Part shown: positions 37,569 through 46,822 of the stretch, in pieces
Numbering within the stretch: the first letter of the stretch is position 1
How the letters are laid out: every line of letters starts with the position of its first letter
Source: a virus
Reading direction: 5' to 3' (one strand)
Length of the DNA: 64,000 nucleotides
IMG/VR virus record: IMGVR_UViG_3300043446_004967
Span: 32,001-96,000 of that record
Made by a program: the position numbers and the translations under genes
The notes under the pieces: model-generated
What the model was told of the DNA's origin: nothing
The model's database searches: none
What the model saw: the letters and a program-made list of their open reading frames with translations, nothing else

Positions 37569-38633
37569 CTAAGTTAAAAACATACGTAGCACATTTAACG
37601 CTACGTAATACGCTAGATTGCAGGGCACTGCGTTACCTATTAATCGAAACGCAGCGGAATTACCGCAGTCTATGGCAAAGTCGTGCGGAAAGGTCTGTAG
37701 GGCCAAGGCTTCGTCCACCGTTAACCTACGCAAGTCCGGAGGAATCTGCGACGCCGCATAGGGCGCCCCGCCCCGCACTAAGTGCGAATGGTAGGAGGAG
37801 ACCCAGTCCTCGGCGTCGGGGTCGGCTAGCCTCCGCCCGTCGATGATCGGTGTCTTGTTGCCACCCAACGACGCGCATAACGTCGGAGCGTAGCCTTCAA
37901 GATTGATAGGGCGGCCGGCCCCGTTAAACAGCATTCCCGCATAAGGAGACCGGCGAATAATCGGGTTGCGCGCGGGCGTAATCACCGCGTTGCACGTCCG
38001 CAAATTATTACCCTCCCCCGCAGGGGCTAAGTGTGCCAACGCCTGCCTGACCGTAGGCCCTTCCTCACGTAAGGGCCAAAAAAGCCCGGAAGATGCATAA
38101 GGGGCACGCAGCCTTCCGCCGCATCCTTCGGCTATATCAGAGCTGACCCCCACTAAAAAACAACGAGCCCTAGTCTGAGGCACGCCAAAATGAGACGCGC
38201 ATAATACGTCCCAATGTACGTAATACCCTAGAGCGTTAAAAGCACGGCTCAGGAGTTCCCGCAACGAACGCCACTTACGTAAGTGGTAGAGCGCCGCGAC
38301 GTTCTCCATGACGAACGCCCTAGGGCGAACGGTGCGTACCGCCGCTACAAACGCCCACACAAGTGCGCTCCTGACGTCCTCCGGGTCCATTTTACCCGCT
38401 ACGGAAAACCCCTGACAAGGAGGCCCCCCAAAAACTAAGTCAACCTCCCTATACGCAGCTAACGCGGGCAAAAATGCACGAACATCGCCGCAAGCGATGT
38501 TCCCTAGTCCGTTCTCCTCGTACACTCGACAGGCAACGGGGTCTACGTCATTAGACCACACAACGCCAACGCCCGCCCGCCTGACCCCTAAGTCCATGCC
38601 TCCTGCACCGGAGAAAAGTGACACCGCGTACAT
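37569..38633 (-). CDS. C5-cytosine DNA methyltransferase (orphan)
   Basis: FSGAGG, GGPPCQ, ENV, QTRAR, GNAV motifs. Confidence 0.95.
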   Translation of the reverse strand: MYAVSLFSGAGGMDLGVRRAGVGVVWSNDVDPVACRVYEENGLGNIACGDVRAFLPALAAYREVDLVFGGPPCQGFSVAGKMDPEDVRSALVWAFVAAVRTVRPRAFVMENVAALYHLRKWRSLRELLSRAFNALGYYVHWDVLCASHFGVPQTRARCFLVGVSSDIAEGCGGRLRAPYASSGLFWPLREEGPTVRQALAHLAPAGEGNNLRTCNAVITPARNPIIRRSPYAGMLFNGAGRPINLEGYAPTLCASLGGNKTPIIDGRRLADPDAEDWVSSYHSHLVRGGAPYAASQIPPDLRRLTVDEALALQTFPHDFAIDCGNSAAFRLIGNAVPCNLAYYVALNVLRMFLT

Positions 38634-38862
38634 ATGACATGGCCCCTTACGCCGCATACTGTAGAAAAGAGAACGCCCTAGTAACCGTCCTCCTCATCGT
38701 CCCTCCTCTCGTGCACACAATCACGGCAGTTACAGCACGGCGAAGGCTCTTTACAAACCCACGCCACCGCCCAAATCACCGCCGCACCCAACGCGCAAAA
38801 TGCAGTAAACATACCTATTCCTTCTCTAAGAATTTAATAACCTAACCCTAGCCCCCAGCGAG

Positions 38863-39141
38863 CTACCCCTCCACCAGACGCCCCGCTAACGTAACCAAGT
38901 CCGTTACCGTCCGACACTCCGTGACGGCGTCGAGGATCCCCTCCCCGTTACCTACATCCACCTCGCTCAGCTCCTCAACCCCTATAGTCGTAAACTCTTG
39001 TAAGAAGGCCCGCCCAAACTCAGCCTGCGCCTCCTCATCGTGGCCCCACAAATCACATAGCGAGTCGTCAGAAGCAATCTCGTCTTCGTCAATATCCAAA
39101 ACCTCGCCCAATAGGGCCATCACTCTGTCTTCTATTTCCAT
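38863..39141 (-). CDS. Acyl-carrier-protein-like acidic protein lacking the Ppant serine
   Basis: ACP-like layout; DLWGHDEE where DLGxDSL is expected. Confidence 0.65.
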   Translation of the reverse strand: MEIEDRVMALLGEVLDIDEDEIASDDSLCDLWGHDEEAQAEFGRAFLQEFTTIGVEELSEVDVGNGEGILDAVTECRTVTDLVTLAGRLVEG

Positions 39142-39161
39142 ACCTTTTTACTTATATAGTG

Positions 39162-40487
39162 TTAATAAAATAATTTTATTGTAGTTTTCTGTAGCCATTC
39201 GGGCCATCGCACGAGTCCCCACGGACACCGTATAGATTCGCCCTGCTTAGCGGCAAGGTGGCGCCAAGCGACCCCATAGTAGGCCCCGCAATAGCGGAAG
39301 TCAAGGTGACACTGATCCGCCCCGGGCGCGAGTTCCCCGGCAAAGCGCGACATCAAAGACTTCCCGTGCGCCGTATGGTTGTCATGTGCATACAAGGGAA
39401 TGCGCTTATACGCACCGGAAGGCAACCGATAATCCTCCGCCGTGAGGATGTAGGCTTTACGGCGTTCGGATACGGGCGGCCCGGCCTCAGGGTTTTCGCC
39501 CATCAGCGCGTCCGCGAAAGCGTTGATCTCGTGATAGCCTATGGACTTCACTAATCCATGCCTGCGCTTGATAGCCGCCTGAACAGACTCGACGTAGCGC
39601 GCGTCATAGGAGAAAGCATTTGACCCCGATCCCCCGAAAAAAATCATGCCGAGAAGATCAAACAGCGCAAGAATATGCGCGGCGTGATCGGGAAGGCCCT
39701 TCTTCGGCTGGGACTTCAACAACCCTTTTAGGCCGTACTGTACCTTAACCGCGTCACCCTCTTTAAACCCCTCTAAAAGGGCTTCCTTGAGGCCCGCATA
39801 CGCCGTGGGGGGCAAAACATCCCGCGCCTGACTAACTTTATACGAAAAGTCTTTCGCCAAAGCAGCATAACCCCGCATCTCTGCGCAGAAAATAGCGTAG
39901 CGCTGCGGCTGATCCCACTTTTTAACGCTTCCGCAAAAAAGAAGAACGCACTCGTATAGTAGACGGTAATCCTCCTCCGGAGACCGCACTTTCCCGGAAA
40001 GCTGAACAAGCGAATCCAGTAAAAAACGTAGTAGAGAAACATCCCTAGTCTCCTCGAATAGGACGTTTATCATGTAACGCACGGGCGAGGCAAACCCCCG
40101 AAAGCGCGTAAGTAAAAGCGCCCAAAAATACGCCGCCGCTACATCGCCTCTCCGTAACTCCTTGTGGAAAGCGCTCGCCACCTCCCAATACAAAGGGTAT
40201 CGCGTGCTCAACGCCTTTAGATAGTCCGCCAGCAGCGGAAGCTGGCCGTGACGCTGCGTAATGTCCCATAGCGCCTGCAATTTATGGCTGCAATAGGGCC
40301 GGAGAACACGCTCCCCCTCCGCGCCATTGCCTATAGGGCTGCCCGCCGCGCACGTACAAGTACCCTCCGCTAAGTTAACGCGGAAAGCCGCGCCTCCTGA
40401 ACGAGAACTGCCTTTGACCGTGCAGACCCCCGTAAATAAAGGATTTATAGGCGTAAATATATCTGACATAATTTTCAGGTTTCCCAC
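39162..40487 (-). CDS. SWIM Zn-finger + MgsA/RarA C-terminal-like protein
   Basis: CTC..CSH; SAFHKELRRGDVAAAYFWA; YAHDNHT. Confidence 0.6.
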   Translation of the reverse strand: MGNLKIMSDIFTPINPLFTGVCTVKGSSRSGGAAFRVNLAEGTCTCAAGSPIGNGAEGERVLRPYCSHKLQALWDITQRHGQLPLLADYLKALSTRYPLYWEVASAFHKELRRGDVAAAYFWALLLTRFRGFASPVRYMINVLFEETRDVSLLRFLLDSLVQLSGKVRSPEEDYRLLYECVLLFCGSVKKWDQPQRYAIFCAEMRGYAALAKDFSYKVSQARDVLPPTAYAGLKEALLEGFKEGDAVKVQYGLKGLLKSQPKKGLPDHAAHILALFDLLGMIFFGGSGSNAFSYDARYVESVQAAIKRRHGLVKSIGYHEINAFADALMGENPEAGPPVSERRKAYILTAEDYRLPSGAYKRIPLYAHDNHTAHGKSLMSRFAGELAPGADQCHLDFRYCGAYYGVAWRHLAAKQGESIRCPWGLVRWPEWLQKTTIKLFY

Positions 40488-41017
40488 TGTATATCCGGCG
40501 TTCCTTCTTTTATCCCGCCCGCATAACGACGAGCTAACTGCCGCTTTAGCTGCACCAAAGCAACCTCAGAGCCCGCGTGAATGAACTTTAGCACGTCCTT
40601 ATGGGCCACGCTATGTATAGCGGTCGCTCCCTGCGCGTACAAGTAATTAAACACCGTCACAACGGCACGTACCTGCCCTGCGGCCCACACACGCGAAACC
40701 CTACCGGAGAAAGTTGTCGTGGTGGTGAACGGTTCAGGGAGAATACCTGCCTCCTCCCACCTAACAACAGTCGCTCGTGACACGCCGAAAACACGAGTCA
40801 GCGCGGCGCCGTCAAGGTATGCCACCTTCATGCCGCCAATACGCATCGTCTTGGCATGGGTGGCAACCCTTTGCTCAGGAATCATCAACGCCGTGCCCGC
40901 ATCCGCCTGAGCCTTCCCGCCACGACGGCGCACACCCGCAGCACCAAGAGTAGGGCGGAACCATGAAGGAAGGCCCCGGATAATGGCGTCTTCCTTCGTA
41001 AACCTCCGTAAATCCAT
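40475..41017 (-). CDS. MerR-like HTH DNA-binding protein
   Basis: VFGVSRATVVRWEEAGILPEP. Confidence 0.7.
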   Translation of the reverse strand: MDLRRFTKEDAIIRGLPSWFRPTLGAAGVRRRGGKAQADAGTALMIPEQRVATHAKTMRIGGMKVAYLDGAALTRVFGVSRATVVRWEEAGILPEPFTTTTTFSGRVSRVWAAGQVRAVVTVFNYLYAQGATAIHSVAHKDVLKFIHAGSEVALVQLKRQLARRYAGGIKEGTPDIQWET

Positions 41018-41097
41018 ATACAGCTCTTTATCATGAAAAAGCGCGCCCCCCTATGAGAGAGGCGCGCCGCGCGTTACCCTTGGCAGCTCTTGCTTGC

Positions 41098-42198
41098 CTA
41101 CAGTTGACGGGACTGCCACCACTCCAGCACAATCCGCTGAAACAGCTTGCTGTCCTCCGTCTCTTGATAAAGCTCCTTCGCCTTGTTAAAAATAGTCTTA
41201 ATCTCCTCCCCCTCGGCCTCGTAAAGAGTGTGAGTAAACCGGAACTTTTTAACCGTGCCTAGTTTACCAACCTTCGCGCCTGTAGGCGTCAGCCCGTCCT
41301 TCGAGTATTCTTCAACCAACGCCTGCTCAAATTGGTCAGTCGTCTTGCCTTCCGCCAGAGCAACCAAGTCCTGATAATTTGACGCTGTCACATACTTGGA
41401 CAGGGCCAAAGCTTTCATAATCCCAAGATAATCCAGCACCTTAACATCGAACCCCGGCACACGCGCGCAAGACATGTACACTTCAATATAATAGAGAACC
41501 TTCCGTTCGCCGTAAGGCTTGCCGCCCCCGTACAGACGAGGATCCTCGCAAAACTCTCTAAAGGATTTGTGTGTCGCTTTCCACAGACCCTTATGGAACG
41601 CATGAGCAAACATGCCGCCCATATAGAATAAGCCTCTGTTCTGGGAAAGAGCAAGGTCGGCGATAGACTCTATAATGGTAGCGCCTTTTGCAAGAAGCGC
41701 CCCAAGCTCGCCCACGATTGGAACGGAACCGCTCGGTAGCACAGCAAGCTCAGTACGAGGGCGACCGCGTTTACGCGGGGCATTAACCTCCGAGGAAGGA
41801 CTATATATGGCAATGTCCGTCACCCCCGCGTTAGGGGCGGACGCCGGCGAAAACTCGCCGTCCAGCAACCCTTGCGACACCGTTTCTCCGCCTGCAAGGT
41901 GTACCTCTTTTTGGTCAGCGGGTATGCACGTATAATACAAGTACGGCGTAGGGGGACTGTCGTTCGTCAGCTCCTCAGTTACTTGCGTAACGTATAACAG
42001 CTGCCCCGGCTCAAAGACCTGCTCCTCGCCCCCTAACGGCTCTTGGTAATCTTCAAAGGTCGCATAACCCCCGACCTGTACGGTAGGGATCAGCTTTTTC
42101 TGCTTCTTAACAGGAGCAGCGGACACCTTATTTTTTTGTAATGTTAAGGTTCCTTTAGGCGAGGCTAAAACGCCTTGCCCCTGCGTAAGCTTCTTCAT
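41098..42198 (-). CDS. Putative DNA-binding protein with AT-hook
   Basis: RKRGRPR; HKSFREFC..GERK helix pattern. Confidence 0.6.
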   Translation of the reverse strand: MKKLTQGQGVLASPKGTLTLQKNKVSAAPVKKQKKLIPTVQVGGYATFEDYQEPLGGEEQVFEPGQLLYVTQVTEELTNDSPPTPYLYYTCIPADQKEVHLAGGETVSQGLLDGEFSPASAPNAGVTDIAIYSPSSEVNAPRKRGRPRTELAVLPSGSVPIVGELGALLAKGATIIESIADLALSQNRGLFYMGGMFAHAFHKGLWKATHKSFREFCEDPRLYGGGKPYGERKVLYYIEVYMSCARVPGFDVKVLDYLGIMKALALSKYVTASNYQDLVALAEGKTTDQFEQALVEEYSKDGLTPTGAKVGKLGTVKKFRFTHTLYEAEGEEIKTIFNKAKELYQETEDSKLFQRIVLEWWQSRQL

Positions 42199-42260
42199 GA
42201 TATTTCCTTAGAAAATGTTATAGGTCTAGTGTATTTTGCGCTATACTATAATCCCTTTTA

Positions 42261-42983
42261 TTAATTGTCAATCCGCCCCGAAGCCCGTAGCCGCGCCGAC
42301 CCGTAGGCAAATAACCTTCGCAAGCCTTCGTTGGGTTCCGGAGGACTCTGCATGTCCGCGCACAGAGCATCCCAGCCCTTCTTTGTTAATGTAATCGAAG
42401 GAGCCGACCCAAGCGCATAGGACGGGTCGTCCCCGTCCTTATACTCCTCACAGGCGGAACACACCTGCGCCACACCCGTGAAGGGAGCGGCGGACGCCAA
42501 ATAGCCCTCCCCCAAACAAGTCAAGCAAAACGCGTCCACAATGTCGTCTTGCTTTGCGCGGCTCGCTGAGTATGAGAACCCCCAGCGGGCAATGGCGGCC
42601 TCCCGCATCTCCTCCTTCGAGGCATTACCCTTGCCGGAGATATAACGTTTCAGCGTGGAAATCCCCGCCGTGTATACGGCACACCCCGCCTCCGCCGCGC
42701 ACACTTTCAGGATACCGACAAGCTCCGCACGAGTGAACGCCTTCCCTGTAAACGAGGAAAAAGCATAGTCCTCAAAAAACACATGCTTCTCGTAATCCGC
42801 GAGCCCCAAAAAGATATCGGAAACCCGCGCAAGAATTAACCGCTGACGCTGCAAATCAGTAGACGCCGCCTTCTTTGGCATCGTCAACGCCGTTACTCGG
42901 ACTCCCGCACCGTCAGACAGTCGGACTGCAACCCCCGTCGATACGAGGGAGACATCTAACCCGATCACTGCTATTTTCTTCAC
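42261..42983 (-). CDS. RuvC-like Holliday junction resolvase
   Basis: IGLDVSLVSTGVA, FEDY, LKRYISGKGNASK, DDIVDA. Confidence 0.85.
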   Translation of the reverse strand: MKKIAVIGLDVSLVSTGVAVRLSDGAGVRVTALTMPKKAASTDLQRQRLILARVSDIFLGLADYEKHVFFEDYAFSSFTGKAFTRAELVGILKVCAAEAGCAVYTAGISTLKRYISGKGNASKEEMREAAIARWGFSYSASRAKQDDIVDAFCLTCLGEGYLASAAPFTGVAQVCSACEEYKDGDDPSYALGSAPSITLTKKGWDALCADMQSPPEPNEGLRRLFAYGSARLRASGRIDN

Positions 42984-42993
42984 GGATAACCCC

Positions 42994-43845
42994 CTACACG
43001 GAGAAACAGGAAACCACCCTGTCGCAATTTTTTGCGCGCGAGCATCCGGAACTCTCACAAATGCGCGGCGGAAGCGTGCCCTCGTTCAAATGGCCTACAC
43101 ACTCCCTAGCCTTTAATATGAACGGTTTAACCCGATCCCACCCCGCCACGTCCCGGACAAATTCTTTGTAGACGCGACCCCGGAAAAGTTTCGCAGGGTC
43201 ACGGTCCACGTAGATGTAACGGAGCTTAGGATGGACGCGGTGCCCTAAAGCGCGTCCTAAATAGTAATACATCGACGCTTGTAGGACGTGGTCTCCTAAC
43301 GGGGAGTCCAGCTCGTCGAACACTAAATCCTTACGGCTGATCGACTTTATCTCGTAAAGATGAAGGTAGCCCCCCCACTTCACCAAAAAGTCAGGATGGC
43401 CCGTTACCCCCCACGATTTTACGTGAAAAGTGGCCTCCTCATAAATAGTGAGAGGCTGGCGACAGGCTGAACACCTGCGGCGGGCCGCGCTTGCGCGTGT
43501 CCCTTGAACCTGCAACTTTCCGCAGGCACACCGCCAAACCCCCCACGCCAAATCCGCACGGGAGCTATGATCCAGCCATACACGCCTCACCTGTTCGTGT
43601 ATGGCGTGACCCATACTGAACAGCAGCTCTTGTGCCGGTGTTACAGTACGTGTTATGTTACGGCACGGGTCCGCGTGCGATATCACAAAGTGCCGGGGGC
43701 AGAACATGCGCGACGGCTCACACTTAATCAGGTCCGAAACGTGGATGCGTATCTCCGGTCCCGCGTAATGCCTGTTAAACGCTGACGTGGACTCGTTCAG
43801 CATTCCCACGAATGCGTCTAAAGGGCTAATGGTACTCCCCGTCAT
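42994..43845 (-). CDS. Cas4-like PD-(D/E)XK exonuclease
   Basis: CPRH, GHAIHE, GHPD..EIKS, QASMY, C-terminal Cys cluster. Confidence 0.75.
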   Translation of the reverse strand: MTGSTISPLDAFVGMLNESTSAFNRHYAGPEIRIHVSDLIKCEPSRMFCPRHFVISHADPCRNITRTVTPAQELLFSMGHAIHEQVRRVWLDHSSRADLAWGVWRCACGKLQVQGTRASAARRRCSACRQPLTIYEEATFHVKSWGVTGHPDFLVKWGGYLHLYEIKSISRKDLVFDELDSPLGDHVLQASMYYYLGRALGHRVHPKLRYIYVDRDPAKLFRGRVYKEFVRDVAGWDRVKPFILKARECVGHLNEGTLPPRICESSGCSRAKNCDRVVSCFSV

Positions 43846-44234
43846 GACGCCCCTCTGTCCCTGCACAGGGATAGTAAATGTTCCAGCCACTTTACCGAGA
43901 TCACCGCAACTTCCCGCCCGCAAGTCTCCCCGTCCTCCATAAACTCCACGATAACCGCCGGAACCTCGTCGCACGCCATCGCCGCGTACTCGATTTTATC
44001 CAGCATGTCTTGCGTAATGGAAAACGATTTCTTCTGCGTGGCCTTGCACTCGATCCGCGCAACACCCGGCACTCGCACGTCGCCCTTTACAAAACCGCTG
44101 CCCGACGCCAACGTCCTGTACCCGCCTAGCCTCTGCGCCGTCCTGCGCTCCTGCTTCGGCGCACGATGATAAGCCGGGGACTGCACTTCGGTCTCTCTTC
44201 GCAGACGACGCATATACGCGCTGTCATTTGTCAT
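43842..44234 (-). CDS. Small PD-(D/E)XK endonuclease/resolvase
   Basis: QE..A..ASGSG..KGDV..IECK. Confidence 0.75.
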   Translation of the reverse strand: MTNDSAYMRRLRRETEVQSPAYHRAPKQERRTAQRLGGYRTLASGSGFVKGDVRVPGVARIECKATQKKSFSITQDMLDKIEYAAMACDEVPAVIVEFMEDGETCGREVAVISVKWLEHLLSLCRDRGAS

Positions 44235-45406
44235 TCCAACCTCCACTTACGCCGGAAATACTGCAAAATCCCGTCCGTATACGCCAGCATAACATCAGGG
44301 TTCTCTTGGAAATACTGCCCTATCTCATCATGCGAGCTGAAACGACGATCAATGCCCGTCAGCGTATGATGAGATCCCGCGCCCGTGTACAATCCTGCTT
44401 GGCGGGCATTAGCCAGAATCGTCTTTGTCTGATCGATGTGCCCTACAGGATACCCCGCCGACTCGTCCCGAATCAACTTAAACCTGCCCGTGCCCATGCG
44501 GCCTCCGGTCTTATCTTTCGTAACCTGCACCCCGTGCTCGTTAAACAAGATAAGACCCGCGTCGTCCCCTTTCTCCGCTCGGTGCTCCTTAGACGTTAAC
44601 GCAAGCTGATGACTTGTCGAATACTCAAGAGCGCGGCCCCCGGGAAGGACGCGGTTATCCCCGAACATGACCCCGATGTTTGTCCTGTACTGGTTAATGT
44701 GCAGCAGCGCCCTACGGCTGCCCTGGTTATACGCCTTAATAAGCGTGGAGTTCATCACCCGCACAAACCGGCCGATAAGTCTCGCCTGCTCCGCCACTAG
44801 GCTGTCGCCCAACCCTTTCTCCAACTCCCGCCCCGGAGTAATAGCGGCCAAAGAGTCAACGATCAGCAAACACGTGCAGTCCTCGCTTAGTAAGGCAACG
44901 GCTAACTCTAGGACAGTTTCGCCGATGTTATGCGAAACTACCATTAACCTCTCAAGGTCTACGCCTAACGTCTCCGCCCACTGGGTATCTAACGTGCCCT
45001 CCACGTCAAGATAAACGACGATCTTATCAGGATTCGCGCGCTGCGCGCCCGCCGCCGCCAATAACGCCAACGTAGACTTGCCGCCGGATTTGTTCCCGTA
45101 AAGCATGGAGACCCTGTTGTACAGGAAGCCTCCGGCCAAACAAAGGTCTACCGCCAGCACGCCGGTTCTAAACCGCTCGGGCCGTACCACCTCGGAGGCG
45201 AACCGCAATACGCTGGCCCCTTCCCGCTTTCGTACATCCGAAATAATCCCCCTGAGCGCGTCATTAGGGACGAACCGCTTACCCTCGCCCGAGGACGGCA
45301 CAACCGGTTCTTGCGTTTTTTTACTATCCGCCGCTACAGCCGAAGAAAAAGGCGGGGGATTCCCGCCTTTCGCTACAGGCGTGCGGACTTTCTTTCCGCC
45401 GGCCAT
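44231..45406 (-). CDS. recA: RecA/UvsX-like recombinase
   Basis: GNKSGGKST, DVEG, VDSLAA, INQYR, PGGRAL. Confidence 0.92.
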   Translation of the reverse strand: MAGGKKVRTPVAKGGNPPPFSSAVAADSKKTQEPVVPSSGEGKRFVPNDALRGIISDVRKREGASVLRFASEVVRPERFRTGVLAVDLCLAGGFLYNRVSMLYGNKSGGKSTLALLAAAGAQRANPDKIVVYLDVEGTLDTQWAETLGVDLERLMVVSHNIGETVLELAVALLSEDCTCLLIVDSLAAITPGRELEKGLGDSLVAEQARLIGRFVRVMNSTLIKAYNQGSRRALLHINQYRTNIGVMFGDNRVLPGGRALEYSTSHQLALTSKEHRAEKGDDAGLILFNEHGVQVTKDKTGGRMGTGRFKLIRDESAGYPVGHIDQTKTILANARQAGLYTGAGSHHTLTGIDRRFSSHDEIGQYFQENPDVMLAYTDGILQYFRRKWRLE

Positions 45407-45424
45407 TTCGCTCTCCAAAAAAAC

Positions 45425-46327
45425 TTATGCGTCCTCGTCGTCTCCCGCCTGCTCCGCCAGAATAGCCGATACCAGCGCCGCTTTACGCTGCTTAGGCGTA
45501 TAGGTTTTGGGGACGTGGACACCCTCCTTAGGCAGACACTTTTTTGCTACCACGGGGAGGTCAAATTCTTCTTGAAGAATCTCGGTAAGCTCCTCCACGG
45601 TCTTCCCCTGAAGTTCTGCCTCAGAATAACCGCCGGCCTCCGCTTCCTCAGCGTCGTCTTCCTCTCCGCCTTCGGCTTCTTCCGAAGGCTGCGCCGCCTC
45701 AAGCCAATCAATGACATCGGCGCGTAATTTCTCCGTGTCCTTATTCTTGAGAGGCTTCCCCCGCTCATCCGTCATCCCAAAAGAGGCCACCAACTCCTCT
45801 AACTCCTCGCGTGAAGCCGCCTCCGCCTGCGCAAGCAGATCCTCCACAGACTCCTCGGCCGGTCCGGCGTCCTCATCCTCCTCGACATCCGTACCTTCCT
45901 CAGCATCATCGTCCTCAGCCGACGTACCTTGGGCGTCGATCGGAAAATCCCCCGCCAACTCCTCCATCAGTTCCTTCAGAGCAGCCACAGAAAGATCTTT
46001 TACCTGCCCGTAAACCTCCGCGACCTCTTGCGGCACGCAAGGCACGGTTATAGAAACCCGCCCGTTAACGTTCCCATAAGGAACGGTAGGCCGCTTTTCC
46101 TCTAAGGAAACCGACACCGTCGCAGGCGTTACGCCCTGCGGAAGCACAGCAACACGCAAAGACTTGCGTTCCGTCTCGGAAACGAGCACCACCCCGTCAG
46201 GGTCTACCACGGTCGATTCTACCTCCACATAAGAGACCGACCCGACTTCCTCTTTCTTGGACAACGGCTCGCTGGTCTTAGGCGATCCCTTGGCAGCCAA
46301 TCCTGCGGGTTTTTTTACAATAGCCAT
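45425..46327 (-). CDS. Acidic multi-domain protein
   Basis: Long D/E tracts and short helical repeats. Confidence 0.65.
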   Translation of the reverse strand: MAIVKKPAGLAAKGSPKTSEPLSKKEEVGSVSYVEVESTVVDPDGVVLVSETERKSLRVAVLPQGVTPATVSVSLEEKRPTVPYGNVNGRVSITVPCVPQEVAEVYGQVKDLSVAALKELMEELAGDFPIDAQGTSAEDDDAEEGTDVEEDEDAGPAEESVEDLLAQAEAASREELEELVASFGMTDERGKPLKNKDTEKLRADVIDWLEAAQPSEEAEGGEEDDAEEAEAGGYSEAELQGKTVEELTEILQEEFDLPVVAKKCLPKEGVHVPKTYTPKQRKAALVSAILAEQAGDDEDA

Positions 46328-46357
46328 GAATAGAATCCTTGTTAAATAGATTAGGGC

Positions 46358-46822
46358 CTAGGCCCCTATTTGAGAGCGGACTTTTGTAAGCGCCGCAAGC
46401 ACTGTTGCTTGCGTAGCGGCGTGGTCAGCCCTGTAATAGGCGAAATACTGTAGGTGCTCCCCTATCACGTCCGCGAGGGCGTGAACTTCTTCCACAAGGT
46501 AGACGGAAAAAGTTCTCCCTTCAACCCTAAAAATAGGAGCCGGCACTAACCCACGGGATAACCACCGCTTAAACGTGGTGAGGTCCACCTCCAAGATATA
46601 GGCCACCCGGGACAGCTTCATCCCCTTACAAACCCTCACGCCGGAAGGCAGCGCAATCGGGTAGTCCACTGCCAGCGTGGCAATGCTGTGCTTATTACGG
46701 TTTCCCGCAAAACGCTCAAACGCCACACGCTTTCTATAGCGACGGCGCATCCGGACCTTAATTAACTCCCGATGCGCCGCATCCGTGGCGTACCGTGAGG
46801 GGCGCTTCCCTTCTTCAGCCAT
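46358..46822 (-). CDS. MerR-like HTH DNA-binding protein
   Basis: VAYILEVDLTTFKRWLSRGLVPAP. Confidence 0.65.
   Translation of the reverse strand: MAEEGKRPSRYATDAAHRELIKVRMRRRYRKRVAFERFAGNRNKHSIATLAVDYPIALPSGVRVCKGMKLSRVAYILEVDLTTFKRWLSRGLVPAPIFRVEGRTFSVYLVEEVHALADVIGEHLQYFAYYRADHAATQATVLAALTKVRSQIGA

Noticed and set aside
37569-38633. Complete restriction-modification system
   Set aside because: No recognisable endonuclease next to either MTase; treated as orphan protective MTases
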